Positions 21,352 through 30,471 of a stretch of 64,000 bases of DNA are shown here, piece by piece. The first letter of the stretch is position 1; every line of letters begins with the position of its first letter. The position numbers and the translations under genes were made by a program. Under the pieces are notes generated by a model, which searched no databases, had not been told where the DNA came from, and saw only the letters and a list, made by a program, of their open reading frames with translations. Origin of the DNA: an uncultured Actinomycetota bacterium (GTDB lineage: Bacteria; Actinomycetota; Actinomycetes; Mycobacteriales; Jatrophihabitantaceae); the NCBI GenBank assembly GCA_963809815.1, contig CAWELM010000005.1, positions 20,825 through 84,824 of the forward strand, given 5' to 3'.

Positions 21352-23124
21352 ATGTCACGTGAGTTCACCAAGGTCGGCGTTGTCGGACTGGGCACCATGG
21401 GCGCGGGCATCGCCGAGGTGTTTGCGCGCAACGGATTGCCCGTCGTTGCCATCGAGCGCGACGAGGCGGCGATCGGCCACGGCCTCGGTCATATCGAGCA
21501 CTCGACCGCACGCGCAGTGGCCCGCGGAAAGCTCACGGCCGCGCAGCAGCGGGCCATCCTGGAGCGGATTGACTGCGAAACCGATCTGGGGGCGCTCGCC
21601 GACGTCGATCTCGTCGTGGAGGCTGTGCCTGAGCATCTCGATCTGAAGCGCGCGATCTTCGCGCGGATGGATGAGGTCTGCAAGCCCGACACCATCCTGG
21701 CGACCAACACCTCATCACTGTCCGTCACCGAGATCGCCGTCGCTACCCACCGACCGGGCAAGGTCATCGGCTTGCACTTCTTCAACCCGGCGCCCGTGAT
21801 GAAGCTCGTCGAGATCATCCGCAGCGTCGTCACCGAACATGATGTCGTCGACGACGTCGAGGCATTCGCGCAGAAGCTCGGCAAGGTCGACGTCACCATC
21901 GGAGACCGGGCCGGGTTCATCGCCAACGCGCTGCTGTTCGGCTATCTCAACCACGCCGCGGAAATGTACGAATCGCACTACGCGACCCGGGAGGACATCG
22001 ACGTCGGGATGACGCTCGGGTGCGGCCTGCCCATGGGGCCACTCGCGCTCATTGACCTCATCGGTCTGGACACCTCGTACGAGATTCTCGACACGATGTA
22101 CGAGCAGACCCGCAATCGGCTGCACGCGCCGACGCCGATCTTGAAACAGATGATCACGGCCGGACTGCTCGGACGGAAGGCCGGCCGCGGCTTCTACACG
22201 TATGACGCGCCGGATTCGCCCACCGTCGTTGAGGATGCGACGGTGCCAGCGCGGGTGCCAGCGGCCACTCCGCGACGGGTCGAGCGCGTCGGCGTCGTCG
22301 GCTCAGGGGTGATGGCCACCGGCATCGTCGAGGTCCTCGCCCGCGGTGGTTATGACGTGACGTTCGTCGCGCGCAGCTCGGGGAAAGCCGAGCGGGTGCA
22401 AGCCGCCGTGGCGCGATCGATGGAGAAGGCCGTCCAGCGCGGCAAGCTGGACGCGACGGCCCGGGACGCGGCGATCCGACGGATCACGTCGTCGGTCCGG
22501 CTCGACGACCTGGCCGACGCGCATCTTGTCGTCGAGGCTGTGGTCGAGGACATCACCGTCAAGGAGGCACTGTTCTCCAACCTGGACGAAATCTGCGCAC
22601 CGGGGGCCGTGCTCGCCACGACGACTTCGAGCCTCCCGGTCATCCAATGCGCGGCAGCGACGTCGCGGCCCGGCGACGTGATCGGCATGCATTTCTTCAA
22701 TCCGGCGGCGATCATGCGGCTCGTCGAGGTCGTGTCCACGGTGTCCACGACGCCGGATACCGAAGCCACCGCGCTGGAGGTTGCGTCCGTCATCGGCAAG
22801 CGAGCCGTGCGATGTGCGGACCGGGCCGGCTTCATCGTCAACGCGCTGCTCTTCCCGTACCTGAACGACGCGGTGAAGATGCTGGAGGCGCACTATGCGA
22901 CGGCCGATGACATCGACTCGGCGATGAAGGTCGGCTGCGGATACCCGATGGGCCCGTTCGAACTGCTCGATGTCGTCGGCACCGATGTAGCGCTAGCCAT
23001 CGAGCGAACGCTCTACCAGGAGTTCCACGAACCGGGCTTCGCCCCGGCGCCCCTGCTCGAGCACCTGGTCACAGCGGGCCGCCTCGGCCGCAAGACCGGC
23101 ATGGGTTTCCGCGACTACAGCTGA
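21352..23124 (+). CDS. tandem-domain 3-hydroxyacyl-CoA (3-hydroxybutyryl-CoA) dehydrogenase
   Basis: Two complete HADH modules are present. Rossmann motifs: VGVVGLGTMGAGIA and VGVVGSGVMATGIV. Each module also has HFFNPAP/HFFNPAA and DRAGFI(A/V)NALL. The ATG at 21352 is preceded by caggagg. Confidence 0.9.
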   Translation: MSREFTKVGVVGLGTMGAGIAEVFARNGLPVVAIERDEAAIGHGLGHIEHSTARAVARGKLTAAQQRAILERIDCETDLGALADVDLVVEAVPEHLDLKRAIFARMDEVCKPDTILATNTSSLSVTEIAVATHRPGKVIGLHFFNPAPVMKLVEIIRSVVTEHDVVDDVEAFAQKLGKVDVTIGDRAGFIANALLFGYLNHAAEMYESHYATREDIDVGMTLGCGLPMGPLALIDLIGLDTSYEILDTMYEQTRNRLHAPTPILKQMITAGLLGRKAGRGFYTYDAPDSPTVVEDATVPARVPAATPRRVERVGVVGSGVMATGIVEVLARGGYDVTFVARSSGKAERVQAAVARSMEKAVQRGKLDATARDAAIRRITSSVRLDDLADAHLVVEAVVEDITVKEALFSNLDEICAPGAVLATTTSSLPVIQCAAATSRPGDVIGMHFFNPAAIMRLVEVVSTVSTTPDTEATALEVASVIGKRAVRCADRAGFIVNALLFPYLNDAVKMLEAHYATADDIDSAMKVGCGYPMGPFELLDVVGTDVALAIERTLYQEFHEPGFAPAPLLEHLVTAGRLGRKTGMGFRDYS

Positions 23125-23156
23125 GGCGAACTTCCCCGCGAAGTACCGTCAGTCCT

Positions 23157-23501
23157 GTGCCGCGTCGTAATCTGCCGAGTCGACGTCGCCGGGCGGCACA
23201 GCCCGAGCCGGAGCCGCCCGGCAACGGGCGGCAACTTGGCGCGTCCGCCGAACGCCTTGAGTCCTGGCGGGGCGAGGACTGGGTGGTGCGTGCGATGCCA
23301 GGCGCGCCCGGGGCGTCCGGCAAGGTCTACCGCTGCCCGGGCTGCGATCAGTTGATCCCGGCCGGCAGCGCACACGTCGTGGTCTGGCCGGCTGTGGATC
23401 GCGAAGCAGACGATCGCAGGCACTGGCACACCTCGTGCTGGGCAGCGCGCAATCGACGCGAGCCCGGTGTCCAGCGGTCCCGGTCGGCTCCGCGCTATTG
23501 A
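23157..23501 (+). CDS. conserved hypothetical zinc-ribbon-like protein
   Basis: Arg-rich N-terminus followed by YRCPGCDQLIPAG...RRHWHTSCW (CxxC...HxxC). I recall similar small proteins annotated as ATP/GTP-binding protein in Streptomyces. Confidence 0.55.
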   Translation: MPRRNLPSRRRRAAQPEPEPPGNGRQLGASAERLESWRGEDWVVRAMPGAPGASGKVYRCPGCDQLIPAGSAHVVVWPAVDREADDRRHWHTSCWAARNRREPGVQRSRSAPRY

Positions 23502-23581
23502 GCTGAATCCGCTGGGACGATCAGCCTCCGCGTTTTAGAGCCTTCGCCGATAGGAACTGCCGGCCTGGGCCAGGCTCAGGC

Positions 23582-23631
23582 GCCGACCGGCGGAAATCGC
23601 CGCGCGATTTCGCGGGGGAGCCCCGGTCGGC
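23582..23631. terminator. nested hairpin between convergent genes (likely bidirectional terminator)
   Basis: The outer stem is gccgaccgg/ccggtcggc and the inner stem is gaaatcgc/gcgatttc with loop cgc. Confidence 0.45.
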
Positions 23632-23661
23632 CACGGCGCACCTATTGGCGCAGGCTCCCAG

Positions 23662-24657
23662 CTACGCGACTCCGTCGATGACGCCGCGCAGCCGGTCGTG
23701 CAGTCCGGACAGGTCGGTGAGCACGTTGTCGCGGTGCGCGTGCAGCTGGTCGACCTCGGTCCGTGCCTGGGTCGTCAGCCGCTCGGCTTCGGCGCGAGCT
23801 TCGGATACCAGCCAGTTCGCCTGCGCCTGCGCGGCCGACACCAGCTGGGTGGCCTTGGCCTCGGCGGCCTCCAGTTGCTCGGTAGATCGCTGCTGTTCCG
23901 CCGTCCGACGCGCCCGCAAGGTGATCTCGAAGTCCTCCTGGACAGCCGCTCGCTGCGTGTCGCCCTCCGCGTCGAGGAGTTCGCGCGCCGCAGCCGCCTC
24001 TGCGTACAGCCGGGCTCGCTCGGCTGCCGCCTCGACATTCAGCCGCTCACGCTCGGCGGCCTCTCGCTTGGTGAGCTGACCCTCTTGGGCCATGACGGTC
24101 GCGTAGTGCTCGTCGGCCCGAGTGGTGACCTCCTCCTGATACGTGTCGGCCTGCTCGGTCACCTCAGTTCGGTAGCGATCGGCTTCCGCGAGGCGCTGCC
24201 GGAAGGTCTCGTCGGCGGCGGCGTGCTTGTCGTTCGCCTCCGCCAGAACCTCGGCCGCCTCCGCCCGGGCGCTGGTCCGGATCCGCTCCGCTGCCTCATC
24301 AGCGCTGCGTCCAACGGCGAGCGCATAGGCATCGGCCTCGGACCGTAACCTGGCCGCCTCCGTCCGGGCGCTTTCGAGGATCTTGCGCACCCGAGGCTCG
24401 ACGTTCTCCTCGGTCGCCGGCTCCGCCGCGGCCTGTAACTGCCGTCGCAACGAATCGAGCTGCGCGTTGGAATTGGCCAGCTGCGCCGTCAGTTGCGCGA
24501 CCGCGGCTTCTCGAGCGGCGACGGTGGCTTGCAGTTCGTCCTCGAGCTGGGCAACGTAAAGGTCGACCTGGCGGCGATCATAACCACGCATCGCGGTGTC
24601 GAATCCGCGCTCGGCGAAGATCGGCAAGGTGTCCGGGGAGTGGTTCTCGGCAGACAT
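23662..24657 (-). CDS. DivIVA-domain coiled-coil protein
   Basis: The N-terminus FAERGFDTAMRGYDRRQVDLYVAQLEDEL is the DivIVA motif. The remainder is an Ala/Glu/Arg/Gln-rich coiled coil with repeated AEAxRL-type segments. Confidence 0.8.
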   Translation of the reverse strand: MSAENHSPDTLPIFAERGFDTAMRGYDRRQVDLYVAQLEDELQATVAAREAAVAQLTAQLANSNAQLDSLRRQLQAAAEPATEENVEPRVRKILESARTEAARLRSEADAYALAVGRSADEAAERIRTSARAEAAEVLAEANDKHAAADETFRQRLAEADRYRTEVTEQADTYQEEVTTRADEHYATVMAQEGQLTKREAAERERLNVEAAAERARLYAEAAAARELLDAEGDTQRAAVQEDFEITLRARRTAEQQRSTEQLEAAEAKATQLVSAAQAQANWLVSEARAEAERLTTQARTEVDQLHAHRDNVLTDLSGLHDRLRGVIDGVA

Positions 24658-24722
24658 GAATCCATCGTTGCACTTCGAGCAACCGTCCAAAACCACACCC
24701 ATTGGCGTGTCTTGGAGCGGCT

Positions 24723-26054
24723 CTAAGCATCCTCACGAAATCGGTTGATGTCGTGGATGTGTCGCGCGCGCAATTCACCGTCGCGCACGCCCAGCCCGGC
24801 CTCGGGCGCCAAGCACAGCACGCCAACCTTGCCCTGGTGCAGATTTCGATGTACGTCGAACGCAGCCTGCCCGGTATCGGGGAGCGCGTATACGCGGGAC
24901 AGCGTGGGGTGGACCCGGCCGCGGGTAATCAGCCGATTGGCCTCCCAGGACTCGCGATAGTTGGCGAAATGTGAACCGATGATTCTTTTCAAACTCATCC
25001 ACAAGTAACGGTTGTCGTACTCGTGCCAGTAGCCAGAGGTCGAGGCACACGTCACAACCGTGCCGCCGCGTCGGGCCACGAAGACACTGGCCCCGAACGT
25101 CTCCCGGCCCGGGTGCTCGAAGACGATGTCGGGGTCTTCTCCGCCGGTCAGCTCGCGGATCCGCTCGCCGAGCCGCCGCCATTCCCGGGGTTGTTGTACG
25201 CCGTCCCGCCAGAATTCGAACCCTTCCGCCGTCCGGTCGATGACGAGCTCGGCGCCCATGCGCCGGCAGAGCTCCGCCTTGCCCGGTGACGACACGACAC
25301 ACACCGGAATGGCGCCGCCGTGGACCGCGTACTGGGTGGCGTAGGAGCCGAGCCCGCCCGACGCGCCCCAGATCAGCACGACGTCGCCCTGCTTCATGTC
25401 CGCACCGTGCCGGCTGACCAGCTGCCGGTAGGCCGTCGAGTTGACGAGGCCAGGACAGGCGGCCTCCTCCCAGCTCAGGTGCGCTGCCTTCGGCATGAGC
25501 TGATTCGACTTCACCAGCGCGAGCTCGGCCAGGCCGCCGAAGTTGGTCTCGAAGCCCCAGATGCGCTGCTGCGGGTCCATCATCGTGTCGTCGTGGCCCT
25601 GCGGGTCCTCGAGTTCAACCGACAGGCAATGAGCCACGACCTCGTCGCCTGTCTGCCATCGGGTCACGCCCGGGCCGACCCGCAACACGACGCCGGCGAG
25701 GTCGGACCCCACGACATGAAACGGTTGATCATGCTTGGCTGCTAGCTCCGAGGTCTTCGCGTACCGGCGCAAGAACGCGAAGGTCGGCACGGGCTCGAAG
25801 ATCGAGGTCCACACCGTGTTGTAGTTGATGGCGCTGGCCATCACCGCGACGATGGCTTCGCCGGGCCCCACTTCCGGGGTCGGCACGTCCTCCACATGCA
25901 GGCTTTGCCGCGGATCCTTGTCCCGCGTGGCCAGACCTTCGAACATGCGGACTTCGTCGGCGCGTACGACGACGCCGCGGTAGGACTCGGGGACTGGGAC
26001 GCCGGCGAGGGCGCCGGGCTCGCCGGACAGGATCGCGGCGCGGACCTCGTCCAT
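24723..26054 (-). CDS. ccr: crotonyl-CoA carboxylase/reductase
   Basis: Near-colinear with the Streptomyces Ccr sequence as I remember it: VMASAINYNTVWTSIFEP, RIWGFETNFGGLAE, SSPGKAELCR, YDNRYLWMSLKRIIGSHFANY, HQGKVGVLCLAPE. Confidence 0.93.
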   Translation of the reverse strand: MDEVRAAILSGEPGALAGVPVPESYRGVVVRADEVRMFEGLATRDKDPRQSLHVEDVPTPEVGPGEAIVAVMASAINYNTVWTSIFEPVPTFAFLRRYAKTSELAAKHDQPFHVVGSDLAGVVLRVGPGVTRWQTGDEVVAHCLSVELEDPQGHDDTMMDPQQRIWGFETNFGGLAELALVKSNQLMPKAAHLSWEEAACPGLVNSTAYRQLVSRHGADMKQGDVVLIWGASGGLGSYATQYAVHGGAIPVCVVSSPGKAELCRRMGAELVIDRTAEGFEFWRDGVQQPREWRRLGERIRELTGGEDPDIVFEHPGRETFGASVFVARRGGTVVTCASTSGYWHEYDNRYLWMSLKRIIGSHFANYRESWEANRLITRGRVHPTLSRVYALPDTGQAAFDVHRNLHQGKVGVLCLAPEAGLGVRDGELRARHIHDINRFREDA

Positions 26055-26084
26055 CTGGCCTCCGGGTTCGCGAGTGGCCGAATG

Positions 26085-26516
26085 CTATGAGTCGGCGGCG
26101 GGCTCGACTAGTTCGACTAACACGCCGCCGGCATCCTTCGGGTGAAGGAAGTTGATCCGGCTTCCGGCCGTTCCGCGACGGGGCTCGTCGTACAGCAGGC
26201 GCAAGCCGCGCTCGCGCAAGGAAGCGGACGCCGCCTCGATATCGTCGACGGTGTATGCAACCTGCTGAATCCCGGGACCCTTCCGGTCGAGAAACGCCGC
26301 TATCGGCGACGTGGGACTGAGCGGGGCCAGCAGCTGCAAGCGGGTAGCACCGTCACCGACGGCGAGCATGGCCTCCCGTACCCCTTGGTCCTCATTGACC
26401 TCCTCGTGCACGCTGGCGAACCCGAACGTGTCCCGATAGAAGGCGACCGCCGTGTCCAGGTCGGGCACCGCGATACCCACGTGGTCAACCCGGCGATACG
26501 GGTATGTGGGTGCCAT
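26085..26516 (-). CDS. mce: methylmalonyl-CoA/ethylmalonyl-CoA epimerase (VOC superfamily)
   Basis: Contains RVDHVGIAVPDLD, GPGIQQVAYTVDDIE and INFLHPKDAGGVLVELVE. An alternative TTG start lies at 26540. Confidence 0.88.
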   Translation of the reverse strand: MAPTYPYRRVDHVGIAVPDLDTAVAFYRDTFGFASVHEEVNEDQGVREAMLAVGDGATRLQLLAPLSPTSPIAAFLDRKGPGIQQVAYTVDDIEAASASLRERGLRLLYDEPRRGTAGSRINFLHPKDAGGVLVELVEPAADS

Positions 26517-26640
26517 CGCCACATGATGACGTGTGACCAACGATTTCGGGCGGCCAGGTGCCCGGGCTCACACCAGGCGGAAACGGTCAGCCGTCTACAG
26601 TTAGTAGTTCCTACCAGCGATTTCCGGGAGGTGCTCCGCT

Positions 26641-27822
26641 ATGGCTGGATCAGTAATCGTCAATGGCGCTCGGACCCCGATCGGCCGGATGCTCGGTGCC
26701 TTCAAGGACTTCTCGGGTGCGGACCTCGGCGGCGTGGCAATCAAGGCGGCCCTGGAGCGTTCCGGGGTACGCCCGGACCAGGTGCAGTACGTCATCATGG
26801 GCCAGGTGCTGCAGGCCGGTACCGGGCAGATCCCGGCTCGTCAAGCTGCCGTCAAGGCCGGCATCTCGATGTCGGTCCCGGCACTCACCCTCAACAAGGT
26901 GTGTTTGTCCGGCCTGGACGCGATTGCGCTCGCTGATCAACTGATCCGGGTTGGTGAGTTCGACATCGTGGTAGCTGGTGGACAGGAGTCCATGACCAAT
27001 GCCCCACACCTGCTGCCCAAGTCTCGGTCCGGGTACAAGTACGGTTCCGTCGAGGTGCTCGACTCGATGGCGTACGACGGGTTGACCGACGTGTTCGACC
27101 ACGTTCCCATGGGCGAGGCCACCGATCGGTACAACGCGAAGCTCGGCATCGGCCGCCCGGCCCAGGACGAGTTCGCCGCCCAGTCCCACCAGCGCGCGGC
27201 GGAGGCAATCAAGAACGGCCTGTTCGCCGACGAGATCACGCCGGTGAGCATTCCGCAGCGCAAGGGCGACCCCCTCGAGGTGACCGAGGACGAGGGAGTC
27301 CGGGCCGACACCACAGTCGAAAGCTTGGCCCGGCTCCGGCCGGCCTTCGGCAAGGACGGCACGATCACAGCCGGGAGCGCATCGCAGATATCGGACGGTG
27401 CCGCCGCGGTCGTCGTAATGAGCAAGGACAAGGCCCAAGAGCTCGGCCTGACCTGGCTGGCCGAGATCGGCGCGCACGGCAATGTCGCCGGCCCGGACAA
27501 CTCGCTGCAATCCCAGCCGTCGAACGCGATCAACCAGGCTCTGCGCAAGGCGGGACTGACTGTGGCCGATCTCGACCTGATCGAGATCAACGAGGCGTTC
27601 GCATCCGTGGCGCTGCAGTCCATGGCCGACCTCGGCGTCGCACCAGACATCGTCAACGTCAACGGCGGGGCGATCGCTCTTGGTCACCCGATCGGCATGT
27701 CGGGCGCTCGGCTGGCGCTGACGCTTGCCCTGGAACTGAAGCGGCGAGGCGGCGGCCTCGGCGCTGCGGCGCTGTGCGGCGGTGGCGGCCAGGGAGATGC
27801 ACTCCTCCTGCGCGTCCCGTGA
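26641..27822 (+). CDS. acetyl-CoA C-acetyltransferase (thiolase II)
   Basis: Contains the active-site Cys region [26 protein letters not shown] and [11 protein letters not shown] gggagg precedes the ATG. Confidence 0.95.
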   Translation: MAGSVIVNGARTPIGRMLGAFKDFSGADLGGVAIKAALERSGVRPDQVQYVIMGQVLQAGTGQIPARQAAVKAGISMSVPALTLNKVCLSGLDAIALADQLIRVGEFDIVVAGGQESMTNAPHLLPKSRSGYKYGSVEVLDSMAYDGLTDVFDHVPMGEATDRYNAKLGIGRPAQDEFAAQSHQRAAEAIKNGLFADEITPVSIPQRKGDPLEVTEDEGVRADTTVESLARLRPAFGKDGTITAGSASQISDGAAAVVVMSKDKAQELGLTWLAEIGAHGNVAGPDNSLQSQPSNAINQALRKAGLTVADLDLIEINEAFASVALQSMADLGVAPDIVNVNGGAIALGHPIGMSGARLALTLALELKRRGGGLGAAALCGGGGQGDALLLRVP

Positions 27823-28796
27823 CCGCGGGGGTCCGCCGGACCGTCGACATCCCGGACCTCGTCGAGCGCGCACGCGCAGCTGACCCCCGCGCGATCGCGC
27901 GGCTTATCTCGCTGGTCGAGAGCGACTCGCCGGCGTTGCGTGACGTCGCACGCATATTGGTCGGGCTGGCCGGGCACGCGCAGGTGGTGGGCCTGACCGG
28001 CTCGCCCGGTGTCGGCAAGTCAACGACGACATCGGCGCTAGTGAGAGAGCTGCGGGCCGACCAGCAGCGCGTCGGCGTGCTGGCTGTCGACCCGTCTTCG
28101 CCGTTCTCGGGCGGTGCGCTACTCGGCGACCGGGTGCGCATGCAAGATCATGCGACCGACGACCGAGTGTTCATCCGCTCCATGGCGTCGCGGGGCCACC
28201 TGGGCGGCTTGTCCAGCGCGGTGCCGCAAGCGCTGCGGGTGCTGGACGCCGCCGGCTGCGACGTGATCATCGTCGAGACCGTGGGCGTCGGACAGGCGGA
28301 GGTCGACATCGCATCGCTCGCCGACACCACTGTCGTGCTTCTCGCCCCCGGTATGGGCGACGGCATCCAGGCGGCCAAGGCCGGCATTCTGGAGGTCGCC
28401 GACATCTTCGTCGTCAACAAAGCCGACCGGGACGGTGCTGATCAGGTTGTGCGTGACCTGCGATACATGCAGTCGCTAGGTGGCCGCCACTCGGTACAGG
28501 GTGCGTGGCGGCCATCCATCGTCAAGACGGTGGCGTCGCGGGGAGAGGGCATCAGCGAGCTTCGCGCCGCCATCGAGAAGCACCGCGAGTGGATGGTTCG
28601 GCACGGGGAACTTGACCGGCGTCGAATCGCGCGAGCGGCTGCGGAAATTGAGGCGATCGCCGTCGCTCACGTCCGGGATCGGATCACTGCGGTACACGGC
28701 TCGGCGGCCTTGTCGGCGTCGGCCGCCCGGGTGGTGACCGGGGAGACGGACCCGTACACAGCAGCGTCCGATCTGGTCGCCGCGCTCGCGAACTAG
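27819..28796 (+). CDS. meaB: methylmalonyl-CoA-mutase-associated G3E GTPase
   Basis: Contains P-loop [17 protein letters not shown] and VVNKADRD. The GTG at 27819 overlaps the thiolase stop (GTGA). Confidence 0.92.
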   Translation: MTAGVRRTVDIPDLVERARAADPRAIARLISLVESDSPALRDVARILVGLAGHAQVVGLTGSPGVGKSTTTSALVRELRADQQRVGVLAVDPSSPFSGGALLGDRVRMQDHATDDRVFIRSMASRGHLGGLSSAVPQALRVLDAAGCDVIIVETVGVGQAEVDIASLADTTVVLLAPGMGDGIQAAKAGILEVADIFVVNKADRDGADQVVRDLRYMQSLGGRHSVQGAWRPSIVKTVASRGEGISELRAAIEKHREWMVRHGELDRRRIARAAAEIEAIAVAHVRDRITAVHGSAALSASAARVVTGETDPYTAASDLVAALAN

Positions 28797-28818
28797 CGGG
28801 ACAGCGCTAGCGCGGTCT

Positions 28819-29568
28819 CTAACGGCGCCTACGACCAGCGCCGGGATCAAGCTCGGTCAGGCCGAGCGCCAGCCCGCGCAGGCGATCGGTCTCGTCCTCG
28901 ATGCGCTCCAGCGCCCAGCTGTCCGGTACCCCGGAGCTGGCCGCTACCGCGTCGGCGGCCGCCAGCACGAGCCGTCCATGGGCAGTGACACCGGTGTCGA
29001 GTCGGGTGACGAGGGCGGCGACCGCCGGGTCGCTCCGCCGGCCAACGCGACTCGTCCGCGCCGACGCCGCCTCGATCGCGACGACCCGAGCGGCACACTG
29101 CCGCAGCGCGTTCGCGGCGTCGGCCGCGGCGACAGCCGTGTACGCCGCCGGCTCGCCGAGCAATCCGAGAAGCTGTCTGAGCGCGACCTCGTCGGCATCC
29201 AGTCGATCGATGGCCGGCCGGGCGGCTGAGCCGCGCGGCGGCCGGACCGGTCGCGCCGCCGGAATCGGCAGTTGATGCAGGTGCCAGGCGTGGCGGGATG
29301 CGGTCGCGGTGACCCAGGCGCCCCCAGCCGACACCGCGGCCAGGCAGGCTCCTGCGATCGGATCGCCGGTCACGATCGCCTGAGCGGCAAGACCGCCCAG
29401 AACCGCAGTCGGAACGGCGCGCAAGGCCACGCCCCACCGTGCTCGACGCTGCCGGCGCCGCAGCCGTAACCCGGGGTCCCGCATCCGGGCCAAGCTCACC
29501 CGAGCACCGGCGGCCAGGTCGACCGCCCGCTGTCGGGTCACCGTCGCACGGACCGGCTTGCGAGCCAC
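28819..29568 (-). CDS. hypothetical 2-TM membrane protein with Ala-rich helical cytoplasmic domain
   Basis: Arg-rich N-terminus, two TM helices (AVPTAVLGGLAAQAIV; IAGACLAAVSAGGAWVTA), then an Ala/Arg-rich region. GTG 29568 was chosen to avoid overlap with the upstream gene. There is a vague resemblance to PspM-type proteins. Confidence 0.45.
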   Translation of the reverse strand: MARKPVRATVTRQRAVDLAAGARVSLARMRDPGLRLRRRQRRARWGVALRAVPTAVLGGLAAQAIVTGDPIAGACLAAVSAGGAWVTATASRHAWHLHQLPIPAARPVRPPRGSAARPAIDRLDADEVALRQLLGLLGEPAAYTAVAAADAANALRQCAARVVAIEAASARTSRVGRRSDPAVAALVTRLDTGVTAHGRLVLAAADAVAASSGVPDSWALERIEDETDRLRGLALGLTELDPGAGRRRR

Positions 29569-29575
29569 CGTCCGA

Positions 29576-30373
29576 TCATGCCTGAGCGCCGGCCGTCTTA
29601 CCACGGGTGGTCGATTGACCGACAGCCTCAGCCGACTCCTCGACCTCCAGCAGCGACGCTTCCCGTTGCGCACGCTCGTACGCCGCGTGGCCGCCGCGAA
29701 TCCCGAACAGGCGCTTCGACACCAGCAGATACACCACTGCCGCGACGTTGACGATCAATGCGACGACGCGTAACCAGGTGATCTTCTCGGTGAGCTCGTA
29801 CACCTCGAGAGGGATGAACAACGACGTGGCGACAACGGCGAAATATTCACCCCACCGCTTGAGCAGCCACAGACCGACCCCCTCGAACAGTTGCAAGACC
29901 CCGTAAAAGATCAGGAAAGCGGCGACGAGGTCCAGTGTGGTCGGGCTCGCATTGAGCGCGTTCTCGACTGCCCGCACCAAGCCGGAGTCCGACACGTTGA
30001 AGTTGATCTGGTCGAAGAACGGCTTCAGCGCTCGCAGGTCCTGGTTGACGAGATCTTTGATGCTGACCTGACTGCTTTCCACGCGGAGAACGGCTATGCC
30101 GAGCAGGAGGATGATGGTGCCGCGAACCCATCGTTCGACGGCCAGCAGGCGCAGGATGAACGCGGAGCGCAACGCCTTGCCGCGAAGCAGCATCGGAGCG
30201 TGGTCGGCCGGACCGCTGCCATCCGGTGGGCCGAGGACGTAAGTACCGCAGCGCAGGCACCGCCACGCCTCGCCCAACGGTGTGCTCGCTTCGAGCTTGG
30301 CCCGCAGAGGTGGTTCGTCTGGCGCGTAGGTCACGTGACCCTTGCGCGAGCACGTCCGCAGGTTCCAATCCAC
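29576..30373 (-). CDS. DUF2127-family membrane protein with N-terminal Cys-rich segment
   Basis: CSRKGH...CLRCGTY is followed by RSAFILRLLAVERWVRGTIILLLGIAVL and further TM helices. This layout is what I associate with DUF2127. Confidence 0.6.
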   Translation of the reverse strand: MDWNLRTCSRKGHVTYAPDEPPLRAKLEASTPLGEAWRCLRCGTYVLGPPDGSGPADHAPMLLRGKALRSAFILRLLAVERWVRGTIILLLGIAVLRVESSQVSIKDLVNQDLRALKPFFDQINFNVSDSGLVRAVENALNASPTTLDLVAAFLIFYGVLQLFEGVGLWLLKRWGEYFAVVATSLFIPLEVYELTEKITWLRVVALIVNVAAVVYLLVSKRLFGIRGGHAAYERAQREASLLEVEESAEAVGQSTTRGKTAGAQA

Positions 30374-30433
30374 TCCGGCCAGCCTATGGGTTAGCTCAGG
30401 TCAGGACGCCGGTCTGCGTTCTGTTCGGCTCGG

Positions 30434-30471
30434 CGGGGTCAGCGGAACGCGTCGGGGTCAGCGGAAGGCGT
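30434..30471. repeat. 19-nt tandem duplication spanning the acd stop codon
   Basis: cggggtcagcggaacgcgt (30434-30452) and cggggtcagcggaaggcgt (30453-30471) differ at one position. Confidence 0.85.

Noticed and set aside
23502-23661. 160-bp intergenic region considered for a riboswitch or sRNA
   Set aside because: It lies between convergent genes. The only clear structure is a nested GC-rich hairpin, which is best explained as a bidirectional terminator, and no conserved riboswitch core was recognised.
26650-27873. 407-aa minus-strand ORF
   Set aside because: Antisense to the thiolase gene, which has unmistakable active-site motifs. It is a high-GC shadow ORF.
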